Assembly: GCA_977030845.1 (NCBI GenBank)
Contig: OZ365110.1
Location: 18,228,001 to 18,292,000 of the forward strand
Direction: 5' to 3'
DNA: 64,000 nucleotides
DNA from: Fimbriosthenelais zetlandica
Lineage: Eukaryota
In this document: positions 24,485-38,481 of the stretch, piece by piece
How the letters are laid out: each line of letters opens with the position of its first letter
How positions within the stretch are numbered: the stretch's first letter is position 1
The notes under the pieces: generated by a model
Database searches by the model: none
What the model was told of the DNA's origin: nothing
The model's input: only the letters and a program-made list of their open reading frames with translations
Program-made: the position numbers and the translations under genes

Positions 24485-26966
24485 TTCTGTTATCTAATCT
24501 CATAGGGCTATAAATTGTTACTCATCTTTTCTGGTCATTCATAATAATAAGTTACTAACACTCTGCAGCCATACGTACACGTTAGAAGCTAATGCATTTA
24601 GTACGGGCTGGAAATATACTAGTACTCCCGCCTAGAGCTCATACAAATATTTTTCTAAAAACATTTAAAAAAGGCCTGTTCATCGTTAGTTCTGCGCAAT
24701 GACTTATACCCGAGATCTTATAGGTTTATAAATTGCTACTTATCTTTTCAGGTCATTTGTAATATTAAGTTTAATACTAACGCTCTGCAGATATACTGAT
24801 GCTAAGCTTACACGTCAGATGGTAACACCTTTTGAAAAAGGCCGGTTCCTTGACAGATCTGCATATATGATATCATGTACTAGCGCAAGTGGAGACGTGA
24901 TGGGATTTTGTTGCTTATCTCTTTAAGTCAATTAGTAGTAAGTGTATTTTCTGTTTTTCGTTGGTCGGTCTAGGTAATTTTAGTAAGTTTGTTTCTACAA
25001 AATATGGGACAGGATACCATATATATATCGCGATCCATTATTGTAATGAATTTATATTCCTAAGATCTAAGAATGTATAAAGGAAACCAATGCGTAAAAT
25101 AAAACGTATATGCGATGGAGACAATATTTTATTTTTTATTTTCACATCCAATATTGGTACAATAGACATGTTTGAATGATATTATCCTAGTAAGTGATGA
25201 TGGCATTGTAAATCATTTTTATTCGGCAACGACAACTGACAACGATTCATTGATAAAATTACGAAGATCTAGCCGGCTAGTTCATACAATAGTCAAAAAT
25301 CTCTTTTTGTAACCACTGTTTGTCCAGGCTATCGAGCATAAGCATGTGGATTGTAATTTTGTTGCAGAAAACCTGAGAATGAACAAATCTACAGTAATTG
25401 GTAGTATTAGAGTCAAGGGCAACCTGCTAATACTCAAACGTTGGAACACTGGTTAGGACAAGCAGAAAAATTAGTTGTTTCAAGCGAATGAAAAGATATC
25501 TAATCCATAATGTTTCTACGTTACAATCGATAGAGTACAAAAAATCTGGGAGGACATCTTGATAAACCATTCTGTGCAAATTGTTTATAAGTTAAAATAT
25601 TTTGCTACACCGGACTTATTGTCAGCTTCCTTTGATGTTTTATAAATACCACCCCCTCCCTCCCCGCCAATATGAGGTTCGAGTATACTCAAATGTAACC
25701 ATACACACAACCTAGTATGCGAGAGTCCATATGCACACGTACACATGTGTCGCTCAACTACATGCTAGCCCCTAGTCTTGTTTTTCGCAACACTTGCTGT
25801 CCTTAGACGGGTTTCATTGACTGCTGTTCGGAACGCTCCTTGCTAGAAATAACCACCATACGAGTAACTAGAGCCGAAGAAATCACGTCAACAACAAAGT
25901 GATATGAATCATTTGGTGGCACTGGATGGGAAAGAAACCATCCCGGCACAGAAACAAGGTTCTATAATAAGGATTCTTTTGTATTATTTTTAGAATTTCC
26001 AACTTTCCACGACTATTGGAAAATAAGAGAAACTTGTAGAAAACGGACAAGTAGGCTATATAAAAAATCAAAAAAAATCGAGAGATCCACTTTAATCTTT
26101 ATACAGAAAGACGGTAACAGGAATAAAATCAAAGTTGAGTTCGTTCACATCAGTTAAACAAGACATGTTTATCTTACCACTGATGGTTAGCAATGTTCAT
26201 ACGTCCAATGTGCACAACTTTACAGTACGTGGGGCTGATATTTTCTTCCTCTATTTTCATAAAATATAGGCACATTAAGACGGAAATGATATACACATGA
26301 ACTCGACAAATATTTTATATAAAACCTAATTTGCAATGGATGCACAGATCTACACTGCCTGCCCAAACCAGTCCTACTCACAATCACAGATAAGATATTT
26401 GAATACACTCTGGCTAACTGCATCGAGTTTTTCCTCAGTTTTTTTTTTAACCCAAATAGCGAGAAACCTGTAATTTACACTTATAATAACTAGAGACAGA
26501 GTGTTATATATTTCAAAACTCCCACACTAAATACAGTGAGGTTTGTATATATAGTAAAGTATCACGGAAGGTAAGGAAATGTTAATCTACAGATGGGGTA
26601 CCGGTAGCTTAAATATTCAAAACAATAGATCTATCATTATCTTGGCCAAACATTGCTGACGGGGCAAAAATAAAAGCTCATAATAATGCATTTCATATCA
26701 TAATTAGCACAGATTTTTGTTTATCAACTGCTTAGTTCCTCCGATCCTCGCTTTGATTGACTTCCGTAGGCACTGAGGGCATTCCATTCTCCAGGTGGTT
26801 TCATAGACTTCCATGTTGATTTGAAAACATGAAATTAGGCTAAATCTGTGGCAAACCTGTCTTACATGCTTTTCCCATACCGTTTCAAGCTTATTCGGAC
26901 CTGCAAGGTTGGACTATGCAGAGCTATGATCGTATTGGTTCTCATTTGGCTTTGAAAAGGAAAAGT

Positions 26967-27734
<768 letters not shown>

Positions 27735-30700
27735 CTATAGTAGGCTATACTATAGAGTAGACAGAAAAAGTTGTTATATTATTGATGATAAGATTATTTG
27801 TTTAACGGCCAGGCAATAATTCCTTAGCTAAGCGGCTTATCTCAGGACCAGAAGGTAACAAGATGTCTGCACACAATTATTTGCTACTCAAGTCTTCAGT
27901 CTTCCCGAATGCCAATGGTTCTTTTACTACCGATCTACTGATGAAGGCCTAGATTTTGTATAAATTATTATTCGAGTTAGACCTGACCAAAAAAAGAGCA
28001 AATAAATCAGGAAGTCTGTCGGGAAAGGTAAACGCGTATTTTTTTTTATCTGGCCTAATATTTATTGGCCAATATGGCAATAAACAAATTTCTCGTCAAC
28101 AAAACATGTTTGAAGCTGACAGTTTCCATTCAGTCAAATCCTAGTTTACTGATAATATTTTTTAAAGAGCCTCATTAACCATTGAAACCTCTTTCTTTTA
28201 GATAGTTTCCACAGTGGTAATAATTTTTATTGGCTAAAGTCTATAGACTAAACTCCATGCGTTATTCTGGACTGCGGCAACGCCATTGGCCCAAGCTTGG
28301 CTTGGGCTTGTGGCATCACATTCACAGTAACACTCACAGCATTGACGCTCTGTCAATATAATATATAGCGGAGTTACAACCAAATACCATCATGCCCAGG
28401 ATACAGCCTATCACTTTTTTCCTCCAGACAACATTTACATATCAGTTGGGTGACAAATAACGCCGGTATTTTGGTGAAGCAAACTCTATAATTGGAAGTT
28501 GACAGTCGCTTTCTTGTATCGGCAAGTCATGGCTTCCGCTCCCGTCGGTCATGTTCTGACTCGTCTATTTTACATGTTATTTCGTATCAGATTGGCCCTC
28601 ATTTAGTATATATTGTCAAGAATGTCTTTAGGAACAATTAGAATGAGTAAACCTAGCCACTTACCTTAAAATGAGGGGACAGAGAGGTTTAATGTATCCG
28701 ATGTATGAGTGGAGTATCGTCCTTGCCAACGATCTGAGCCCAACAAAGAATCACGAGGCTTTCTCGCGTGAAAACACGTGATGAGAAGTGACAGAGCCTG
28801 AGGTGGCGCCACCTACACTCACTGGTTTTCCCGCGACCGCGCACTTCTAGAACCATAGAACTTTATATACTTCCATGCTACAACATAATTATAAGGCCGC
28901 TTGGAAAATATTATTCTCTAGGCCTATTGATGCCATTATTACCCTAATGATTGAAGTAAATGGTGAACAGTTTTCAGTGGCCTAGGCTAAATCCTAGGCC
29001 TAACGTTCCTGCATGGGTTTGACTTGTAGAATAGCCTATAGCCCTAGGCTTGGAAAACACTCTAGCGACTAATTATGAAAGAGATCAGAAGTAGAGAGGG
29101 TCATTAGAATGCAAGGGGGGGGGGGGGGGGGTGGTCGATCCTGGAGTTCTTTTTTTAAATTAATAATTTTATGCTCAAAAGTAGGCAGGAGACGGTGGAA
29201 ATAAATATTTTATCCTCACATGTGGGTGGAATAGATGAAATGCCTGATAGGAAATAAATATTTCGAGTCCCCCACCCAACAAACCAACCAGATATTCTAA
29301 TGGTCGCCCCACTAGGCCTACCTAGCCGAAAAAGTAGGTTCGGATATGCTAAAAGGAGGGTAGGCCTACCGGTAGTGATCACTGCATTCTGGTCGCAATG
29401 AGCACATGCTTTGCACTAGTCTTGCAGAGGCAATTGAGGCAATGGTGCCGTACAGAAGCAGTTGCAGCGGACGCTGCTGGAAGAAGGCGTGAGCAGCACT
29501 GAGCCGCTCACAACCTGAAAAGCCAGCTTCAAGTGCAACTCAGAAACATCGGAGATGGCGGCACGAACGAGGTAGGTAAGTAAAAATCATTCAAATTTTG
29601 TGCAAAAGTCCCTTCTAGAGAAGCCAATTCTAGTTGACCTTTTATCCTAAGTTATTTCTTATTACCTCTATGCAATAAAATGTTCAAATAATCGGGGGAT
29701 ATTGAGGGATGTTATTATTAGAAAAGATTCTCCATCGATTGGATGGTAAACCGTATGGCAGCGAGCTGTTTACTGTTTGGAAGGCATAGAGAAGGAGGAG
29801 AGGGAAAGGCCATGCTATAGGACTAGTACGCCTACTGACGTCGTTTGTTTGTGTGGGTGGATGGATATATAGGGACCATCCGGTGGACAAAATCGCCAGA
29901 CTTATTAATGTTATATAAATGACACAATCACCAATAGTCCTTGAAAGACCCATGGTCAGTTTGGAACATGATATCAGAAATAACTCATTTTCATTCCTGA
30001 ATATTCCATATTTAAAATGGTGGATATTAACGAAATCTAAGCGAGTCACCAATATGATTGTAGCAAAATGAGGATTACATGTACATGTAATTCTATAACA
30101 TAACCTAGTGAGTAATTGGATGGTTGCGAGCAAGTGTAATGATACAGGAGACAGGTCAAGGTGATTTAGAATTTAGGGTTTAGTAGGCCTATACTCGGAG
30201 TACACATATATATATGCCTAGGGGCGTTTCCATGTGTCGTCATCCATACAATATAACCTGCAGAGAGAGATTGAATAAGAGCTTGCGGTAGGTATAATGT
30301 AGGCCTAGTCTACAGTAGAGGAATGAATTTCTGTATGATCTCTTTGACGAATTAGTGATATACAAAGTAGGCCTACCACCGATATTGATATTCCTATCAT
30401 AATCGACGTGATGAAACCACTTTCCAAACCCTAGGGCTATTATATAGCCTACCCGGTATATAATATATATCAGTCAGAAATTTTGAAGGTGAAAGAAACA
30501 CCGAAAGGAATTTTGTGGAAAAGATTGTTATAACATAATAACATCGACAGACATATTCCACCCCAAAATCCCTATCAGGACAGATGCTCAATTATAATCC
30601 CCGTAAAATAAGCAATAATTATTGAAGACAAGATCACTGACATGTAATTTTAGGACAAATAAAATAGGCTTAAATATTGTGTTTAGCGTTACCTTGCGCG

Positions 30701-31841
30701 TGATTTTAAACCTTGAGAATCATTTCTTTTCCCACCAAATTTGTCAAATTTAGGCCTACATCATTTAGGCTGAAACTTTTCTTGATTCCAGAAATTCTAT
30801 TCTCGATTGAAATAGCAAAAATGATTTGTATCTCCATATGGGCCTCCATTTCTTAACATCTTCTCGAAATCATAATTGTGTAGGCCTCGTGACGCTAAAT
30901 ACAACATTTATTTTCGTTGGCCGTTGACAATTTATTTGTCAGTCTTGAAATAACCGAGCCATAACCTTTTCAATACAACCCAATTGGAAATAAAAGTCAT
31001 TACTGCCTGCCACTTCCAAATGTTAGGTTTCAAAGGAAGCCTATTACCACTAGGTTTCGCAATATTTCCAATTATTCATTAAGCTAAGGCAGTTGTCATG
31101 GTAACGCCTGTTCACAGCCAATCACGACTCTCACCTGTAGATGAGGAATCCTTGTTTTGAGAGTTATTCCATTCCTGAGTGATGGACTAGATTTGAAGCT
31201 GATGAATAACACTTTACAACGCTACCTGTGTCATGGATAATTCGATATGATCCATTATACATAAGGCCTATACCATGTCTGGCAGTGCAGTGCGGTGTAA
31301 ATGCTGTGCGTTCTGGGAATAGAATTATACGTACCGTCGTTCGTTTATATAGGCCTATAGGCCCTATAACAATGCTCGCTCAGCTTGGGTTGATAGAAAA
31401 AAAATCCAAGTCCTCTGGGAATTGAACCTCGGCCGTTCGGGTAGCTTGTGCACGGCCCTCATATGTGGGTCGCTGCAGTTCTAAGGTGTTAAAATAGCTT
31501 AGTTGCAAGATGGAAAGTACACGTGTAGGGAATGTAGATAATTTAAATTTAACATCTATTTAAGTTAAGATGTTAAATAAAATTATATAAAAGGATTCAT
31601 TTTGTTGCAAATATTTTTTATGTTTCCTTCAATATCCAAATATTCAAGCTTGGCCTAATTATGAACTGGTTGTTTATTCAATTCCTGAGATTTTACATTC
31701 ACTAAATCTCTTCCCGGTGATCTGAATAGTGTTTTATTTCATTTTTCTTACAGTCGATGGTTGTGGGTGAGCGGCACCACACCAGTGTGAAAGCTGCAGC
31801 CTTCAAGGTACGTCATCTGGAATTGCTAACGGAAGGCACAC

Positions 31842-32732
31842 ATGGCCATGAACAAGGAGGAGCGGGTCAGCCTCCTCACATCAGTGGGTGGCGGCTCCAA
31901 TGATAGTAATGATAGCAATGGTACATTTGCTGAACAAACAACAACAACCACCTCTGGGGTCGATGGCAAATCACATAAGGGAGTGAGCCAGACAACGGCC
32001 AGCGGGGGAGCAGCTCAACCGAGTAAGAAACATGGGACACGAGGAACCCTGCAGAGGAACCCCTCAATGGAAAAACTGGATGAAGAAGACCAGGAAAGCT
32101 TGAGGAGATCCTCCATGGAGGCTAAAGCAAAAGAGGCAAAAATGCGTGCGACTTGCCCCGATTACTTCGGAGTCAAGTCGTACCTGCATAATTTTTACGA
32201 CACACATTTTTACAAGGACCCCAGCATATATGAAGACGAAGATGACTTCAGGTACCTGCTACACCCGAACCCAAGGCGACGCCGGTGCACTTCCATCTGG
32301 TGGAAGGTGTTCGTTTGGATTGGTGCCAACTTCCTTGTATTTGGAATCATCGGAGTTTTAGTGGGATATCTTGTACCACAGCGTCCCATCGTGGTGGCTT
32401 CCATCACCGACAATATTGAGATCATCGACCGCGGCGCTATATCATTTAACTTCAACCTGGATGTATGTAAGCTTGTGGGATTGATTCTGTTTTGTATTGG
32501 TGGACTCACTCTGACGGTGGCATTACTGTTTCCAAGTTTTCTCTACCAGTACTGTGAAGATGATGGTCGCGACTCATCATTCAAAGTACGGCTTGGCAAT
32601 GAAGAGGAGGAGCTGCTCAAAAGCCCTCTAGAAATGAGCATTCCGACTACAACGATGGTTAGCAATGTCCAACCGGAGAGGAAGAACGCTGAATCGGTGG
32701 TAACACAGGGAGGTATGGTGCCCATGGAATAG
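31842..32732 (+). CDS. NRSN1: Neurensin-family vesicular membrane protein, single coding exon, 296 aa
   Basis: FGVKSYLHNFY...YEDEDDF...WWKV, two TM segments and FN.NLDVCKLVGLILFCIGG match neurensin-1/2 motifs. Upstream non-coding exon ends ~29571, acceptor at 31753. The symbol denotes the family; NRSN1 vs NRSN2 is not resolvable. Confidence 0.85.
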   Translation: MAMNKEERVSLLTSVGGGSNDSNDSNGTFAEQTTTTTSGVDGKSHKGVSQTTASGGAAQPSKKHGTRGTLQRNPSMEKLDEEDQESLRRSSMEAKAKEAKMRATCPDYFGVKSYLHNFYDTHFYKDPSIYEDEDDFRYLLHPNPRRRRCTSIWWKVFVWIGANFLVFGIIGVLVGYLVPQRPIVVASITDNIEIIDRGAISFNFNLDVCKLVGLILFCIGGLTLTVALLFPSFLYQYCEDDGRDSSFKVRLGNEEEELLKSPLEMSIPTTTMVSNVQPERKNAESVVTQGGMVPME

Positions 32733-34679
32733 TCTACACAACACAGTGAATGAACTCAGAAGGTCCCCTCACCAGAGAGATGTTGATAGCCCATATCAAA
32801 AAATCTAAACTGGGTTGATTAATAAAATTATTATTACAGCCCAAACGAGATCAATTCATATTTTCCGGTTGTACCCGGATCCCAAGTGATTTCTGACCAA
32901 AAGGCTTTGGCCAAGGACTCCGAATAATCTTTACCCCACGGTGAGAATGTTGAAAGAAATATTACACTATATATATCACCCTCTACTTGCTATGTTCAAC
33001 AGGGACAACATTAATCTGATCAACACTTTAGTAGTCTTAAAATGATATGAATGAAAATATAAAATATTGTGATACACAGGTCTACTATACATTTGGTCTT
33101 GAAAGGGAGCTTATTTGCCACCGGAAATTTGCCTTCAACCTGTTCATGTTTAAACCTCATGGATTTCCACCCAAGAATTCTGTGTTCAGAGGGTATTAGA
33201 TAACATATCCACTTCCATTACTATTGGCCCTTATATTGTACTTCATCAGCAAAATATGTAATACCAAGATCCCTATAGTTTGAATAGAATATTGTTTTAC
33301 CTTTCTTCAAGTAGTAGATAGTTTGGTACAATTCTAAGGTAGTGTTGGTTTCATGAAACATAAGGCTTGATGGAATAAAATCTGAATGAAATAATTCATC
33401 AATAGCAGTCAGTGAAAAAATAGACATTTTCTTCCCTAAATGTGTCAACTTAAACTGTTAAATGGTTGTGATTAGGAATCTCTATTGTTCCTCTCGAGTT
33501 TGTTTATCCTCTTGTTGTCCTGGAAAATAAATCTGAGGTACGAGTTGTTGCATACTACAAACGGTCTTTTCTTATTGCCTGGGTAACTCCCCACATTCCA
33601 TATACTACATATACGTATGGACACAGTGGCGCATGGCTGGGCATTGGCTAAAGACTGCAGCAAGAGTTATTCATTAATCCTCAAGTCAACCTTTGTCTTC
33701 AACCATCTGCTAGGAGTATTGATGCTGGTATCAAGTACCATATGTGCATAATATTATAGACATTGTCTATAGGTATATTAAGATCCAATTTACAATTCAG
33801 GCAATTCAATTTACCTGAAGATAATGAACAAACAAATGACTTAATGCCGTTTTCTGATACATTTTATGACACGCATGTAGGGTTTATCTCAATGATGTGA
33901 TAAACAGATACCTGTGTACCAAATTGACCGGTCCATGGTCAGGTATGCATACATAGCTGGCTTGGTAATATGGGTGGGCGGGGGCAGGTAAAGGGGTATT
34001 GCTCAGACAACAGGGTAAGGGAACAGGGCAATTCCCCACTTTCGATATACTACTTAGAGCAATTCCAACGAGTTCAAGAGGCGGCAGTTTCACTTGCTTC
34101 ATTTTCCCGTACCCAATTTAGACATACATGTAGGTATGAAGATTAACCATGCGCAGCTGGCAATTTTATATTTGTCTGCCTATGAAAACAGAACATCAAT
34201 TAATTCCATCAAGACATCAAATCAAGGGTTTCTTCTTTTGTAATTATAATACCTTTTTATTCGCAACCATAAAACGTTGATAATTTGTCCTCTATATAGA
34301 TACTAACCTTGGAGCCTATAAATAATGACGATTTTAAAATCCAAATATCACTAATGCTCAATTTTCTCGGAAGAAAATATTGGAATGTACAGATCATGAT
34401 AACTGGAAAGCCAGTGAGCGATTTCATAACGGTACAAATTGTAATGCTGTAGTATAATGCTAAAAGATACCCAACTCATTTCAATGGATTAACAGAAGTT
34501 CATGACATTAACATAAATCGGTTGTCGGTAGTACACTTTTGTAAACCGTTAAATATACCGTCAATCATATTAAGTTAGGTAGACTAAGTAAGTGGTAGCA
34601 ACATAAGAATATTATAGAAGCTATAGGCCTACTCATTATCACAGCTATTGTTTGACTGACATCAGGAATCATGCCTCAG

Positions 34680-37600
34680 CTATATCCATCGACCTGCTGA
34701 ATTGTAGATGAAAGACTGTTTGTTCGTTTCCCCAGGTCGATAGTGGGCTGAAACAGACAGAATGGCAGGAATTAGATTAACCATAGAGAATAGGCTGTCA
34801 GGGGGCCACAGAAATGTATTACCTACTTCCAGAGCGTGACTCAAAAGGTGACCGAGCAAGAGTAATTAGTCTGATTGTGAGAAGCCAAGGTATCAAGAGC
34901 GGAGGAGTTAATTAGCGCTAATTATCTGTTTTATGTGTAATGCGAACCGGATATCCGAACATGCGACACTAGAGAACATTAGGATTGATGTTTGAATGGA
35001 CAGAGGCTCTTCTATGACCATGTAGACACAATATCTTGCTTTTCCACGGATCGTTTCAAATTATTGAAAAGTGTAATATGACTTCCTTCCCATCTCACTG
35101 CTTTGAAAGGGTAACTCTATAGTATTATAATGATTACCTACCAAATCTACTTAGTATACCGTACACTAGAATATTTCGATGTGTATATCCATAACAGAAA
35201 AATATTGGAAATACGTTAGATATTTTTTTTATATTTTAATTTAATATTTTTTAATTCATTTCTTTTATCAATACCATTACAGAAAATGCACCGGATTAAC
35301 ACCATGGTATGTGATGATATATTCATTATTCTACCAGAAGGAAAAATCCTAATTATTACTCTACATGACGCATTACTCACCTGGTCCTGGATTGGAAGAG
35401 TTCTTGGGTTGGCTGCTCGACCAGCGACTTGTACTGGAGACAAACACTGAGCCTGACATATAGTGACGTGCGGGGCCCTCATAATCCACTAATTCATAGG
35501 CGCCGGGGCCTGGTGCCGCCAGGGGCTTGGGTAGGGGCATGGCTGGTGCAGAGATACACAGATAATGCTTCCTCCTGAAAACAAATAATTGTTTGGAATT
35601 TATTTTAAACATGTCACAAGCATAGGTGTGTTTAATAAATCATCATTTGAATCCCCACACTAATTGTCTCATAGAATGTAAGAAAGGTATTAATAACACT
35701 TACGGGAAGACTGTTTTGGGTACGGATTCTGCAGGTTCGTGAGGTTTGTATGCACCAGGACCAGGTACCTTGGAGGAAAAGGAGAGGAAAATTGTCAATC
35801 AAAATATTAATATGTATAATATGAGATTAGTCTGAAAATGCATGGGTCCATCTCGCTTCAAATTTATTTTTCAGTCTCCCAATCCCTTGTGTTCATACTC
35901 TTTATGATACATTTTTAATATTGAAATATTTATATATGTCCCGGTACATGTACAGTAATTGAATATAATCATCATGTTATATATAACAATGCAACATACA
36001 GGATCGGGTGACGGTGCCATCTGCCGTATTGTTCTTGATTTAAAACTGGAGACAGGTGCATGGGTGTTAGGCTTCGTCAGATCCTCCTTCACATGGTACT
36101 GCCCTATAAGATAATAGATCATCTCATGAGTTGAAATTCAAATCGTCGATAAAGTTTTGTACATGTATCATGATAATGTGCTATCTGGATAACAAAATGG
36201 AAGGCTAAAAAAAGTGTTTATTAAATAGAAATTACATGGAGCAGGATTGGCCTTTGATGTCATGTCAAAAGTTTCCCTCTTCGACTGAGATTTGAAGGCG
36301 GCATTGGCATTGACGTTATTGCTCTTTCCCGTTCTCTTTACCGCTGTTGTCACCTATAAAATTGGAAATATCAGATAAATATAATTAATATATCATACAT
36401 GATTATGTTTGAACACGTAACTTCATGGATCATGATGTTTGCTCAAGAGCTAAATGCAAAGAAACACACACCTCATATTCATTTGGTCCAGGTGTTTTAA
36501 ACGACTTCTCCTCCACCTTTTGTGCGATAGGTCTGTGGAAGCTGCTCGTCGAGTCCGCTTTGTTGTAGTCCTTTTTGGACATGATATAAGAAGGTAAATT
36601 ATAGGCCCCGGTACCTGGACCACTGGCCACGAGATGTTTCTGAAGTCTGCGATCCTGGAAGAATTAATACATTTTGTGTCAAAGAAAATCAGCGGTAAAT
36701 AAAATCAAAGGAACACAATTTAACTTATTTAGTATCACTGGACATCTGGCTATAGCCTTATTATATAGGGCCAAATATTTGGCAATTAAAATAGTTGTGA
36801 TAGGAAGTTATTGCATGAATAAATACCTTGGATGCAAATCCCCCCGTCCCCTTTTTTGAATACGAAGGGCTGCTTTTGTCAACACCATGATGACCTACAT
36901 ACGTTCCTGGACCTGGATTTTCATTCTGTTGGTAATTTAACAAATAAATGTACATAAATATCTTAATGTCATTATTTGAAAAAAAAAAAAAGAGTATAAT
37001 ACTGTACCGATATTTATCTTCTTTTAGCTTTACTTAAGTTAAGGTCAATTTATGTTTTCTAGACGGAATGCTTATATATCTAGATATTAATTAATGAATG
37101 TTACATGTGTGTACATGAGAAATTTACACAGACTATTACTGAGGATTAATTTAATTAACAGAATTGTAGAACTTACATTTGATTCAAAGAACCTTTTTGA
37201 CCTCGAGGCGAAACCTTTTCGTTCTGAATTATCGATGACAATTGTTTGATATTTAGAAGGTATTGATGATGTTGCTGCAGTTATACTATGACCTGAAATA
37301 AGAAGATAATCCTCAGGCTCAATAAATAATGTCATTATAATAAATGATATTTAACTTTTTTGTTAGCCAATTTAGGCATTATTTATTTTACAACAATAAT
37401 AAATCCAATGCATTTTCCCTCGTCTGTATTTTAAGTCTTCCTCAGTATATTTACGAAAACAATGCTTAATCAAATTAATTAAGGCTTCAGGAGACATTAA
37501 TATTTCTTTCTAGAGAGATTCTCTGACAAATTAACCAAAACAACAACAAGTTCGGTACAAAAATACAAGGCATGTGACATGTCCTGGCAGCTCTCACGTG

Positions 37601-37875
37601 GCGAAATTAAATCTTACTCAATTTCTTAGCACAATTGTATCTCATTGGAATTACTGATATATTAACTAACCTTTGTGTAATTTTCCTGACAATCTTTCAG
37701 TTCCATGTAATCTGTGAATATAACTGTTATTAATCAATTTAATGCTGTCCGTGGCCATTTTCGTAGAACAGATTGTGTGGACTCTTGTTTACACCGAAGC
37801 GCACCTTGACCGGAAGAAAGGAAGGTACTGCGAGAGAAGAAATAGTTCTCGTATTCACCAGCAGTTAAGTGACAT
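34680..37875 (-). CDS. STPG1: Sperm-tail PG-rich repeat protein 1 (MAPO2; SHIPPO repeats)
   Basis: Exons 37292-37177, 36925-36827, 36654-36472, 36353-36236, 36103-36000, 35768-35704, 35574-35381, 34747-34680 are in frame: SSIPSKYQTIVIDNSERKGF, multiple PGPG.Y repeats, RKHYLCISAPAMPLP, KQSFIYN..GRWI*. The 5' exons (~37723-37671 and ATG ~37875) are uncertain. Confidence 0.88.
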
Positions 37876-38021
37876 CGCTGCAATCTGAAGACAGAAATAT
37901 TATTTTTCCAGCGACACATTATTTTTAAACCCCCACTCTGTAAGAGACACAGCATAAACTGTTACTATAAAGAAAACATCATCAACCACACTGGCGTAAG
38001 AATATCTTACTAGAGCCTTTG

Positions 38022-38034
38022 GTTTCCATGCAAC
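38022..38034. promoter_or_regulatory. RFX X-box-like motif at STPG1 5' end
   Basis: GTTTCCATGCAAC resembles the GTTNCCATGGNAAC consensus, consistent with a ciliary gene. Confidence 0.55.
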
Positions 38035-38330
38035 AACACATTATAGTCCGAGCAAGTACAACCGGAAGGGGGGGCCGCAATGAAACACAGTTATATAATT
38101 GGATTTTCATGAGGAAAAAAATATTCAAGTTCATGTGAAACATAGCTCTTCATAAGAAAAATAACTCTTCATCAGTTCTTCATTCCCATAGGGAGGAATA
38201 AATAGAACAGAACTTGTCAAGTGAAGCCGGATGTATCTGATGAAGGCGGACACCCCTTTGTTGGGAGTAGTCCACATTTGTCCAATCATGTGCTAGAGTT
38301 GAGGTCAAAGGTCAGATCTTATTGACAGGT

Positions 38331-38388
38331 GATTGGCTGGCGGGAAAGCGCGCCAGATTTAGGTATTGGTCTTCCAAAATTTTGGCGC
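38331..38388 (+). promoter_or_regulatory. E2F sites and CCAAT box upstream of RRM2
   Basis: GATTGG at 38331, TGGCGGGAAA at 38338-38347, TTTTGGCGC at 38380-38388; typical of an S-phase gene promoter. Confidence 0.65.
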
Positions 38389-38481
38389 ATTCGGCTAACA
38401 GAGGGCAAGCTGTGATTGTGATAGACAGTACAAGGCATCTTCCAAATTTTGTTTCTTAGGTCAATTTTTACAAACCTCAAG

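Noticed and set aside
29684-30133. 149-aa minus-strand ORF in neurensin intron 1
   Set aside because: Non-ATG start, no motifs, no supporting splice structure; likely chance.
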